Position numbers and translations under genes: made by a program
NCBI GenBank assembly: GCA_944391085.1
Contig: CALXSE010000002.1
Span: 81,929-145,928, forward strand
Origin: an uncultured Kiritimatiellota bacterium
GTDB lineage: Bacteria; Verrucomicrobiota; Kiritimatiellia; RFP12; DVOR01
Reading direction: 5' to 3'
DNA length: 64,000 bases
Notes under the pieces: model-generated
Database searches by the model: none
The model's input: the letters and a program-made list of their open reading frames with translations, nothing else
What the model was told of the DNA's origin: nothing
In this document: positions 18,236 through 27,071 of the stretch, piece after piece
How the letters are laid out: each line of letters opens with the position of its first letter
How positions within the stretch are numbered: the stretch's first letter is position 1

Positions 18236-19360
18236 CTACCCTTCGATGGCGGCGCGCAGCCAGGCAAGCGATTCCTCACGGAAGGCCCCGAGCCGCTCCG
18301 CATAGCCGCCGGCGGGCTGAGCGAAACGCGCGGGGTCGCCCACGTGGAAATCGTCGGGGATGGGGACAGGGACGGCGTGGCGTTCGGCGCCGACGCGCCG
18401 CAGGAGGGCGCGCAGGCGGGAATCCTTGCGCGGGTCGGCCTCGGTGAGGGCGATGAAGGGCTTGCCGCTGTGGAGGGAGAAGACGGCGCCGTGGAAGGAG
18501 GAGGTCACGATAAAGGACGCGTTGAGGAAGAGGTCGACGAACTCATAGGGCGAGGCGGATTTGTTCACCGTGGCGCGCGGCTTGCCCAAGTCCTGCCTGC
18601 GGCCGTTGAGATAGACGACGTCGAGGTCGAGCGCGCGGGCCACTTCGTCGATGACGCGGTCGGCCTGCGGGTAGGGATTGACCATGTAGGCCATGATGTA
18701 GACGAGGATATAGGGGCGCTTGGGACGGCGCGTGGCCTTTTGCGCCATCGCGGCCCACTGGGCGCGCTCAAGGAGGAGCGTCGGGTCGCAGCACCAGGCG
18801 GCGGTCTGGCCGGTGAGGTCGCGGATGAGCGCGACGCCGCTTTCCTCGCGCACCGAAAGCGCGTCGTAATCCAGAAGCGCCTCACGGTAACGCGGCCGCA
18901 GCGCCTCCGGCAGCGCGGAGACGGCGAAGCTCGAGGCATAGGCGATCTTGCGCACGGCGGGGCGTCTATCCGCGGGGACGAAGGCGAGGAAGTAGGCCGG
19001 GTCCGCGCCGCTCCACTGCGGGTTGAAGGTCTGGTCGGATCCCGTCGCGTAGACATCCGCCGCGGGCGGGTCGGCGGCCAGCTCCGCGAAGGTGGCGTAG
19101 GGGCGCGTCAGGTCGAGCTCCGTGCGCAGGAAGTCGTCGTAGGCGCGGTCGCGGCGCCAATAGACCACGCGCCCAAGGAGATACCGCGCGAGGGCCGCCG
19201 GGCTGCGCGGGAACGTCCGTTCGCCGGCCTGCGCCACATAGTCGACGGTCAGGCAGCGGTGCCCCAACAGGCGCGTGACGGCCGTGTGCAGGGCGTAGGC
19301 CTGAAGCGCGGAGCCATAGTTGATGGTGCGGAACATGGTGATCTGGCAGACGGTTTTCAT
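18236..19360 (-). CDS. Polysaccharide pyruvyl transferase family protein
   Basis: NYGSALQAYAL, GSDQ, YASSF, SVRE, DPTLLL, TSSFHG; SD AAAGGAG before MKTVC. Confidence 0.9.
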   Translation of the reverse strand: MKTVCQITMFRTINYGSALQAYALHTAVTRLLGHRCLTVDYVAQAGERTFPRSPAALARYLLGRVVYWRRDRAYDDFLRTELDLTRPYATFAELAADPPAADVYATGSDQTFNPQWSGADPAYFLAFVPADRRPAVRKIAYASSFAVSALPEALRPRYREALLDYDALSVREESGVALIRDLTGQTAAWCCDPTLLLERAQWAAMAQKATRRPKRPYILVYIMAYMVNPYPQADRVIDEVARALDLDVVYLNGRRQDLGKPRATVNKSASPYEFVDLFLNASFIVTSSFHGAVFSLHSGKPFIALTEADPRKDSRLRALLRRVGAERHAVPVPIPDDFHVGDPARFAQPAGGYAERLGAFREESLAWLRAAIEG

Positions 19361-19371
19361 GGCATCTCCTT

Positions 19372-20532
19372 TCAGCGGCGGACAATCCTGCACAGGCGGG
19401 CCCAGGCGCACCCGATGAGCGACCAGCCATGCGCCAGGGTGAAGCCGGCCGGCCAATCGAGCAGGCGGATGAACGTGGCCCGTCCCCACGCGGGCGGTTC
19501 GGCCTTGGGCGTCTTCGCCTCGACCTCCGCGTTCTCGGCGGGCGTGAGCGGCTCGGTGACGCAGTGCGCGGCGGCCTTGGTCCACACCTCAAGGCCGCGC
19601 GCGGTGAGGGCCTCCACGCGGCTCACGCCCGTGTCGTTCGCCTGGTAACGCTCACCCCAGAAATCGCGCACGCGGATGTCCGCGCCGCTGTGCGTCCCCA
19701 CGAAGGGGCACGCGTAACACGTCAGATTCTGCGCCGTACAGCGAAGGAAATGGCGAAGAAAAGGTTCGTTTCCCGAGGCATATCCCCTATAAAATGTTTG
19801 TCTATCCTCGGAAAGGGTCAATTCATAGGCGTCCTGCCAGCCACGGGTTTTGCCGCGCCACGAGGCCTCGACCCGGCGTGGATCCCGCCCTTTGGCCGCC
19901 CGGCGCAGGAAGGCCGCCCAGAGCTTTTGGGAGGGCACGCCGTGGCAGACGAAGTCCACCAGGACGAACCGCTCCTCGACGCCGCGCGTTTGGATAAGGC
20001 GGCGGAAGGCGGCGATTTGGCAGGGCGTGCCCACGACAAGCCACTTGCCGTCACCCGCCAGGATGTAGCGAAAGGCGGGGACGGTCAGGCTTTGGATGTA
20101 TTTTGACCCCCGTGCCGGCACGAAGGCCTCCGGCGTCTCCGCCAGAAAGTGCTCCGCGCGTTGCCGCTCGGGCACATACCGCACGCCGCAGAAGCCGTAG
20201 CCCTCCCCCGCCAGGGCCGCGACGATGGCGCCGACCGCCCCGCCGGAGGAACTCGCGCGAAGGGAATCAGCGTCCTTCAGCCACGCCGCGTCCCCGCGCA
20301 GCACGCGCTTATGCAACGTCTCCGGCGGGATGGGCGAACGGGTCGGGCACAGGCGCACGCAGAGCCCGCACCCCACGCACGCGGCCGCGTCCACCCGCGG
20401 CACCCAGAACCCCTCGCGCGACTGCGCCATCTCGACGCACCGCCTCGGGCAAACCACGGCACACACACCACACCCGTAGCAAGGGTTCGTCCCCGCCACG
20501 GTCTCTCTTCCATCCACTTTCTCTCGGGCCAT
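19372..20532 (-). CDS. 4Fe-4S / F420 hydrogenase beta-subunit-like protein of polysaccharide loci
   Basis: CYGCGVCAVVCP, CVGCGLCVRLCP, SSSGG, GSKYIQS, GTPCQI, CHGVPS, CYAC; exact start uncertain. Confidence 0.88.
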   Translation of the reverse strand: MAREKVDGRETVAGTNPCYGCGVCAVVCPRRCVEMAQSREGFWVPRVDAAACVGCGLCVRLCPTRSPIPPETLHKRVLRGDAAWLKDADSLRASSSGGAVGAIVAALAGEGYGFCGVRYVPERQRAEHFLAETPEAFVPARGSKYIQSLTVPAFRYILAGDGKWLVVGTPCQIAAFRRLIQTRGVEERFVLVDFVCHGVPSQKLWAAFLRRAAKGRDPRRVEASWRGKTRGWQDAYELTLSEDRQTFYRGYASGNEPFLRHFLRCTAQNLTCYACPFVGTHSGADIRVRDFWGERYQANDTGVSRVEALTARGLEVWTKAAAHCVTEPLTPAENAEVEAKTPKAEPPAWGRATFIRLLDWPAGFTLAHGWSLIGCAWARLCRIVRR

Positions 20533-20740
20533 AAAAAGCACGCCTTTCCTGCTTCTATCTGTAACGAGGCCCTGAGAAAGCCCTACACCGGATAGCAGCG
20601 AAAAGGCGCGCCAGAATGGCGCACCTTGCTGGACTTTTGCCCGGTGCAATGAAATTTCTCAGGTTTCGTTACAGGCAACTGTCGCGCAAAGCGCAGTAAA
20701 ACGATGGCTCATCCCATCGCGTGCCCACATGATAGCAAAC
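20514..20740 (-). ncRNA. Candidate structured cis-regulatory leader RNA, copy A (includes -10 TGCTATCAT at 20729-20737)
   Basis: Homologous to 40033-40260; nested inverted repeats 20560-67/20666-73, 20571-79/20655-63, 20584-91/20641-48, 20605-13/20617-25 and 20538-43/20719-24. Confidence 0.7.
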
Positions 20741-20844
20741 CCCCGCCCCCAAAAGAAAGCCCCTACCCGCCCGTGACAGCCCGCTCCTCCCGATGGTCGG
20801 CAACGTGCCCAACGGGCACGCTACAAGACGACAGCGCGGCAACC

Positions 20845-20877
20845 AAAAAGGCCCCCGAATCAGGGGCCTGCGTGAAG
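20845..20877 (-). terminator. Intrinsic terminator, second of a duplicated pair after the beta-galactosidase gene
   Basis: ggcccc...ggggcc hairpin followed by U5 on the minus strand. Confidence 0.65.
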
Positions 20878-20997
20878 GGTTCGGCAAACGGGCGGCCAGC
20901 GGAGTTTAAGGGGCTGCTTGCTGAGAGTGGCCGCTGTAATCCGGCAAAGCATTTCCAGAAAGGCCGCTGGACGGCTTGTGACGGTGCCGGGGAAACG

Positions 20998-21030
20998 AAA
21001 AAGGCCCCCGGGAGGGGGCCTTGCGTGAAG
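20998..21030 (-). terminator. Intrinsic terminator of the beta-galactosidase gene
   Basis: aaggccccc-ggga-gggggcctt hairpin with a U tract on the minus strand. Confidence 0.75.
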
Positions 21031-21046
21031 AGAGGTGAAACGGGCG

Positions 21047-24000
21047 TCAGCGAAGCTTGAGGGTCAGCTCGCTGAGGGTGGCCCAGATGTGGCCTTTGAT
21101 GGCGGGGGCCTTGGCGGTGAGGCGGAGGTAACGCGCGTCGGTCGGGGCGAAGTCGATGTCGCGCCACTTGCGGTTGCCGGGGTTCCAGCCGGTGTCGCCG
21201 TCGAAGACGGTGGCCCAGGTCTTGCCGTCGGCGCTGAGCTCGATCTTGCATTTGCCGATGAGGCCGTTGAGCTCGTCGGCGCGGGGCAGGAGGCGGACGC
21301 CCACGACGGTCTGCACCTCGCCGAAGTCCAGCTCGAAGCTGTGCGGATAATCGGGGTGGACGTTGCGCCAGTCGGTGTGCCAGTAGGTCTTTGGGTTGCC
21401 GTCGAAGATGTTGGCGACGTTGCCTTCGCCGGGCTCTTCGGAGGAGACGTTCACGACCTTCCAGGCGGTGCGGACGGCCTCCTTGTCGAAGGTCCGGAAA
21501 AGGGGCGGGGTGGGAATCTGACCGCCGTCCGGGATGACGGTGACGGCGACGGTGCCGCTCTCCAGCGCGAAAGGCTTGTCGTAGATGAAGGGCTTTTGGC
21601 CGTTGACGGAGACCTGTACCTTGGCGTCGACGCGGTCAGGGGTGACGGTGACCTGGTTCTTGCCGTCACGCGTCACGAGGGCAAGGCCGGCGGTGGGGCG
21701 GAAAGGCTCCGGCTTGAAGGGCTTGGAGCCGAAGCGCATGGCGAAGCCAAAGGCGAAGGGCTTGTTGTAGACGAGGTGCTCGGCCCAGGGACGGGGGCCG
21801 CAGGAGCCGTTGCCCAGGCCGGTCTGGGCGTAGTCGAGGTGGATCCAGGTCTTGTCGGGCGTGGGCAGGAGGGAGGGGAGGGTGGCGTCGAAGAGGGTGA
21901 CGGCATCCCACTGGTTGACGGAGAAGGCGAAGGTGCGTTCCCAGACGGGAGAGAAGAAGCAGAGGGAGTCCTCGCCGTCCTCAAGGAAGAGCCAGCGGGC
22001 GTTCTCGCGGTTGCCGTATTCCTGGGTCTCGGGATAGGGCACGAAGAAATCCTCGACGGAACAGGTGAAGTGGTCGCGCCAGGTGTGGAACTTGCGGTCG
22101 ACGTAGTTCTCGAAGGGGCCGAGGGCGTCGTAGTGGACGGTGTTGAGATCCTTGCTGACGGCGAGCTCGAAGCCAAGGCGCGGGATGATTTCCTCGGGGG
22201 ACTGCGGATAGAAGACGCCCTCGCAGGTGACGGTGTTCATGAGGACCGTCCAGACGAGGGTGTATTTGTAGGGGACGTTGCCGCCGTCGGTCTCCATCTC
22301 GGCGAAAATCTGGACGGCCTCTTGGTCTCCCTCAATCTTGCGCCATTTCATGGAGAGGCAACGATTGCCCTGGGTCTTGAGAGAGCGCCAGGTGGCGGAG
22401 TCCTTGATGTAACGGTCGTTGTTGATGCGCGCGCGGTACATCGTGAAGCGGGGCGGGGCAGCGAGGAGGTCTTTGCCGTTGTAGCGGACCTGGGAGAGGA
22501 CGCCGTCCTTGAAGATCAGGTAGGAGCCGTCGACGCCCTTGGCGGAGACGCGGAGGGAGCCGTCGGGGTTTTGGGTGACCTCGACGGGGACCTCGGGGAG
22601 GTGATCCATGGATTTGGGCTTGGGGGGCTTGCAACCGGGGGCGGGGATGGCGAACCAGGCGACGCAGTCGGTGACGATGGCCTTGGGGTCAACGCCGGCG
22701 GCGCCGACGAAGACGGGGAAGTCGCAGTCGTAATTCTGGGTGGGCTTGAGCGGGAGCGTTGCGCTTTGGCCGGGCTTGAGCGCGGGAAGGTCGCAGAGGC
22801 GCGCGCCGTCCTGGCCATAGAGGGCGTAACCCTCGGCGGTCTTGTGGAAGAACTTGCTCGTGACGGTGAGGGCCTGCTTGGCGGGATCCCAGGCGAAGGC
22901 GAAGGGCTGCTGGGCCTGCTTGATGGCCCAGAACTGGCCTTTGGGCTTGTGGTCGGCGGTGATGACGCCGTTGTCGCAGAAGTCGCCGAAGTTGGGCCTG
23001 TCGCCGAAGAGGCCGCCGAAGGCGAGGGATTTGCCGGTGAAGGGCTGGAGCTTGAAGAGGCCGGTCTTGGGGTCTTTGGTGGCGCGGAGGCCCTGGTCGA
23101 TGAAGTCCCAGACGAAGCCGCCGATCATGCGGGGATACTGCTCGTAGATTTTGATGTATTCGTCGAACATGCCGCAGGCGTTGCCCATGGAATGGGCGTA
23201 CTCGACGTGGACGTAGGGGCGGTGGGTGTGGCGCTTGGCGACGGCGCGGAGCTGGTCGTGAGGGCGATACATGGAGGAATCCATGTCGTTGTGGGGGGAG
23301 TTCTCGGGGAAGTCGCAGTAGTGGACCAGGCGGGAGGGGTCGTTCTGCTTGAGCCAGTCGCCCTGGTCGGCGAGGTTTTTGCCGGGGCCGGTCTCGTTGC
23401 CGAGGGACCACATGATGATGGAGGGGTGGTTCTTGTCGCGCTGGAACATGTTTTGGACGCGGAAGGCGTAGGCGGCGTGCCAGGAGGGGACGTCGTTGAG
23501 GCACTGGCGGGTACCGCGGATCTGGTGGGCCTCGATGTTGGCCTCGTCCATGACGTAGATGCCGAGGCGGTCGCAGAGTTCGTACCAGCGCGGGTCGTTG
23601 GGGTAGTGGGCGGTGCGGACGGCGTTGAAGTTGCCCTTTTGGAGCCACTTGGCGTCGGCCTCCATCTTTTCCATGGTCATGGCACGGCCGCGGTCGGGAT
23701 CCATCTCGTGGCGGTTGACGCCCCACAGCTTGGTGGAGACGCCGTTGATGAGGAGCTCGCCCTGCTTGCCGACCTCGACGCGGCGGAAGCCGGTCTGGAA
23801 GGCGCGGGCGTCGCCGTTGGGGAGGGCGACGGTGACGGCGTAGAGGTTCGGCGTCTCGGCCGTCCAGCGGGCGACGTTGGGGACGGTGCCGGCGGGGAGG
23901 GGGAGCTTGACCTCCTCTCCGGCCTTGAGTGCGGGGACGGGGAGCTTGGCGGCGTAGACGTCGCCGATGGCGATGGAGACCTCGCTGGGGGAGGTGGGCT

Positions 24001-24778
24001 CGGCACCGGCGTTGCGGACCCAGACGTCGCCGGCGACGGTGCCGGTGGCGTAGTCGTCGGCAAGGCTCGGGCGCACCCAGACGTCGCGGATCTGGAGGGC
24101 GGGCGTGGAGAAGAGGCGGACGTCGCGGAAGATGCCGGAGAGGCGCCAGAAGTCCTGATCCTCGAGGTAGGAGCCGTCGCTCCAGCGGTAGACCTCGACC
24201 GAGAGGGTGTTCTCGCCGGGCTTGAGGGCCTTGGTGATGTCATACTCGCCGGCGGTGAAGGAGTCTTCGCCGTAGCCGATGTAGGTGTCGTTGACCCAGA
24301 GGTAGTAGGCGGATTCGACGCCGTCGAAGCGGACGTAGACCTTGCCTTTGTAGAAGTTTTCCGGCAGAGTGAAGGTGGTGCGGTAGGAGCCGACGGAGGG
24401 GCGCTCCGTGAAGCTGACCCAATCTTTGGGCGGCGTGGAGGTGACGCGCGGCGGGTCGATCTTGAAGGGATAGATCTCGTTGGAATAGATCGGGGTGCCG
24501 TAGCCGCCCATCTGCCAGCTCATCGGCACGTCAATCAAATCCCATTGCGAGACGTCGTAGGAGGTCTTCCAGAAGTCCTGCGGGCGCTCGGCGGGCGTGT
24601 TGGAAAAGCGGAAGCGCCACTTGCCGTTGAGGGAGATCACGCTGCTGGGCGCGGTGGGCATCAGGGCGGCGCGCGCCGGCTCGCGGTTCACCTGGAAGAC
24701 GGTCTCGTCCTCCCACTCCGGCGCGGCGAGCAGAGACCCCGCGCAAATGGCGGCCAACAGGGCAAAGCGTTTCCTCAT
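21047..24778 (-). CDS. lacZ: Exported GH2 beta-galactosidase (LacZ type) with C-terminal F5/8 type C (CBM32-like) domain
   Basis: Signal peptide; LEDQDFWRLSGIFRDV, GVNRHE, NAVRTAHYP, WSLGNE, EYAHSMGN, GGFVWDFIDQ; C-terminal FDGNPKTYWHT. Confidence 0.92.
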   Translation of the reverse strand: MRKRFALLAAICAGSLLAAPEWEDETVFQVNREPARAALMPTAPSSVISLNGKWRFRFSNTPAERPQDFWKTSYDVSQWDLIDVPMSWQMGGYGTPIYSNEIYPFKIDPPRVTSTPPKDWVSFTERPSVGSYRTTFTLPENFYKGKVYVRFDGVESAYYLWVNDTYIGYGEDSFTAGEYDITKALKPGENTLSVEVYRWSDGSYLEDQDFWRLSGIFRDVRLFSTPALQIRDVWVRPSLADDYATGTVAGDVWVRNAGAEPTSPSEVSIAIGDVYAAKLPVPALKAGEEVKLPLPAGTVPNVARWTAETPNLYAVTVALPNGDARAFQTGFRRVEVGKQGELLINGVSTKLWGVNRHEMDPDRGRAMTMEKMEADAKWLQKGNFNAVRTAHYPNDPRWYELCDRLGIYVMDEANIEAHQIRGTRQCLNDVPSWHAAYAFRVQNMFQRDKNHPSIIMWSLGNETGPGKNLADQGDWLKQNDPSRLVHYCDFPENSPHNDMDSSMYRPHDQLRAVAKRHTHRPYVHVEYAHSMGNACGMFDEYIKIYEQYPRMIGGFVWDFIDQGLRATKDPKTGLFKLQPFTGKSLAFGGLFGDRPNFGDFCDNGVITADHKPKGQFWAIKQAQQPFAFAWDPAKQALTVTSKFFHKTAEGYALYGQDGARLCDLPALKPGQSATLPLKPTQNYDCDFPVFVGAAGVDPKAIVTDCVAWFAIPAPGCKPPKPKSMDHLPEVPVEVTQNPDGSLRVSAKGVDGSYLIFKDGVLSQVRYNGKDLLAAPPRFTMYRARINNDRYIKDSATWRSLKTQGNRCLSMKWRKIEGDQEAVQIFAEMETDGGNVPYKYTLVWTVLMNTVTCEGVFYPQSPEEIIPRLGFELAVSKDLNTVHYDALGPFENYVDRKFHTWRDHFTCSVEDFFVPYPETQEYGNRENARWLFLEDGEDSLCFFSPVWERTFAFSVNQWDAVTLFDATLPSLLPTPDKTWIHLDYAQTGLGNGSCGPRPWAEHLVYNKPFAFGFAMRFGSKPFKPEPFRPTAGLALVTRDGKNQVTVTPDRVDAKVQVSVNGQKPFIYDKPFALESGTVAVTVIPDGGQIPTPPLFRTFDKEAVRTAWKVVNVSSEEPGEGNVANIFDGNPKTYWHTDWRNVHPDYPHSFELDFGEVQTVVGVRLLPRADELNGLIGKCKIELSADGKTWATVFDGDTGWNPGNRKWRDIDFAPTDARYLRLTAKAPAIKGHIWATLSELTLKLR

Positions 24779-24899
24779 GGTATGCTCCTTAATTACAGGC
24801 ATAAGATAACACAACCGCGCCTGCGGCGCCACCCCGGCCCCTCCCGGCGCGTACCGCAGGACGCACCCGTGCCCGAACCGTGAAGCGTGCCCGGAAGTG

Positions 24900-24908
24900 T
24901 GGTACAAT
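24900..24908 (+). promoter_or_regulatory. Extended -10 promoter TGGTACAAT, leaderless arrangement
   Basis: 6 nt before the ATG at 24915; no SD. Confidence 0.6.
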
Positions 24909-24914
24909 CGGGCC

Positions 24915-27071
24915 ATGAAGAAGGGAACGTTGCTCATCGTGGGCGCGCTGTGCGCCTCAACGCTGTTCGCCGCCGGCGCGGGGGGGGGCTCCGCGAGCCT
25001 GACGCACCGCATGATGACGCTGGCCATCCAGCTGGGCATCATCCTTTTCGCGGCGCGGATGGGCAACATCCTCTTCACGTGGTTGCGCCTGCCCAGCGTG
25101 CTGGGCGAGCTGTGCGCGGGCATCGTCATCGGCCCTTACGCCATGGGCGCGCTGTGGCCCGGGTGGGTCTTCCAGGTCTTTGAGCTGGCGCCCGGCGTGG
25201 CCTCGCCGGTCGGCGTCTCGCCGGAGCTCTACGGCCTCTGTTCGGTGGCCTCGATCGTCCTGCTCTTCCTCGTCGGCGCGGAGACGGATCTGCGGATGTT
25301 CATGCGCTATTCGGCCGTCGGGTCGCTCGTGGGCGTGGGCGGCGTGCTCTTCTCCTACCTGGCCGGCGCGACGATCGGCGTCTGGCTGCTGGGGCTCTCG
25401 TGGAGCGACCCCACGACCATCCTGCTGGGGGTGATGTGCACGGCCACCTCCGTCTCCATCACCGCGCGCATCCTCTCGGACAAGCGCAAGCTCGATTCCC
25501 AGGAAGGCGTCACCATCCTCGCCGGCGCGGTCATCGACGACGTGCTGGGCATCATCCTGCTGGCCATCGGCATGGGCCTGATCAACGCCCAGCAGAGCGG
25601 CGAGACCTTCTCATGGGCCGGCATCCTCGGCATCACCGCCAAATGTTTCGGCATCTGGCTGGGCGCGACGGTGGTGGGCATCCTCGTCTCGCGGCGCGTG
25701 GCCTGGCTCCTGCGCTTCTGCGGCTCGCACGGCGAGGTGGCCATCCTCACCCTGGGGGTGGCGCTCCTGGTGGGCGGGCTCTTTGAGCAGGCCAGCCTGG
25801 CGATGATCATCGGCGCCTACGTCACGGGCCTCTCCTTCTCGCGCACGGACATGGGCGTGATGATTCAGGAGAAACTCCACGGCGTCTACCAATTCCTCGT
25901 CCCGGTCTTCTTCGTCGTCATGGGCATGATGGTCAACGTCACCGAGTTCGCCAAGGAGGGCGTCCTCTTCGCCGGCCTCGTCTACACCGCCGTCGCCGTC
26001 CTGGCCAAGGTCATCGGCTGCGGCCTGCCCACCCTGTTCTTCGGGTTTACCCCCGTGGGCGCCCTGCGCGTGGGCCTGGGCATGGTGCCGCGCGGCGAGG
26101 TGGCCCTGATCATCGCCGGCATCGCCGCCGCCCACGGCCACGTCGAGATCCTGGGCGTCGCCGTCCTCATGACGATGCTCACCACCCTCGTCTCCCCCAC
26201 CCTCCTCCTCGCGGCCTTCCGCATCAAGGCCCCCGGCCACCGGAAGACCGCCGACGGCGAGGGCCTCCCGGCCGCCGTCTACACCTTCCCCAACCACGCC
26301 ATCACCAACGCCGTCATGGGCAACATCCTGCGCAACCTCTCCAAGGAAGGCTTCTTCACCCACCAGATCGACCCCACCCAGGGCCTCTACCAGGCCCGCC
26401 GCGACGACACCACCCTCAACATCGTCTGCGGCGACCTCACCGTCTCCTTCACCGCCGCCCATGAGGCCCTTCCCTTCGTGCGCATCGTCATGGCCGAATC
26501 CCTCGCCGAGTTCGAAAGCGTCCTCGAGGCCCTGCGCAAACCCATCGCCGAAAGCGCCCACATCGGCATCGCCGCCACCGCCACGCCAAAGCCCCCGGCC
26601 AAGACCCCAGGCCGCCTCGACATCCTCGCCCGCCACATCCGCGAGGACGCGATCGTCCACCGCCTCCAGGCCACCGACCGGGACGCCATCATCCACGAGC
26701 TCATCCTCCGCCTCCGCGACCTCGGCGCCATCTCCGACGTCGACTCCGCCGAACGCGAGGTTCTCCAACGCGAGCGCGTCATGTCCACCGGCGTCGGCTT
26801 CGGCGTCGCCTGCCCCCACGCCCGCACCAACGCCGTCAACGCCCTCGTCTGCGCCATCGGCGTCACGCAACGCCCCGTCGACTTTTCCGCCGACGAGGAG
26901 GGCCGCGCCTGCCGCATCGTCATCCTCACCCTCACCCCAGACACCGTCAACAGCCCCTACATGACCTTCATCACCGCCGTCCTCACCGCCCTGCGCGCCC
27001 CCGCCAAACGCGAGGCCCTCCTCCAGGCGCCGGACGCCGCCGCCATCCGCAAGGCCCTTCTCACCCCATGA
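24915..27071 (+). CDS. CPA2 cation:proton antiporter fused to a C-terminal PTS EIIA (Ntr/Fru-type) domain
   Basis: ATSVSIT, GAVIDDVLG, GMVPRGEVAL; C-terminal RERVMSTGVGFGVACPHAR. Confidence 0.9.
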   Translation: MKKGTLLIVGALCASTLFAAGAGGGSASLTHRMMTLAIQLGIILFAARMGNILFTWLRLPSVLGELCAGIVIGPYAMGALWPGWVFQVFELAPGVASPVGVSPELYGLCSVASIVLLFLVGAETDLRMFMRYSAVGSLVGVGGVLFSYLAGATIGVWLLGLSWSDPTTILLGVMCTATSVSITARILSDKRKLDSQEGVTILAGAVIDDVLGIILLAIGMGLINAQQSGETFSWAGILGITAKCFGIWLGATVVGILVSRRVAWLLRFCGSHGEVAILTLGVALLVGGLFEQASLAMIIGAYVTGLSFSRTDMGVMIQEKLHGVYQFLVPVFFVVMGMMVNVTEFAKEGVLFAGLVYTAVAVLAKVIGCGLPTLFFGFTPVGALRVGLGMVPRGEVALIIAGIAAAHGHVEILGVAVLMTMLTTLVSPTLLLAAFRIKAPGHRKTADGEGLPAAVYTFPNHAITNAVMGNILRNLSKEGFFTHQIDPTQGLYQARRDDTTLNIVCGDLTVSFTAAHEALPFVRIVMAESLAEFESVLEALRKPIAESAHIGIAATATPKPPAKTPGRLDILARHIREDAIVHRLQATDRDAIIHELILRLRDLGAISDVDSAEREVLQRERVMSTGVGFGVACPHARTNAVNALVCAIGVTQRPVDFSADEEGRACRIVILTLTPDTVNSPYMTFITAVLTALRAPAKREALLQAPDAAAIRKALLTP

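Noticed and set aside
20514-20740. Identifying the duplicated leader as 6S RNA, a c-di-GMP-I riboswitch or a cobalamin riboswitch
   Set aside because: No own terminator and a very asymmetric central region (unlike 6S); lacks the GGCAAA/GNRA-receptor pattern and the B12 box. Rejected by eye only; needs cmscan.
21035-24883. Very long opposite-strand ORFs (1282 aa here; also 7290-9428, 10280-12199, 50649-52832, 58540-61512 and others)
   Set aside because: Antisense shadows of well-supported genes, expected in high-GC DNA; no recognisable motifs.
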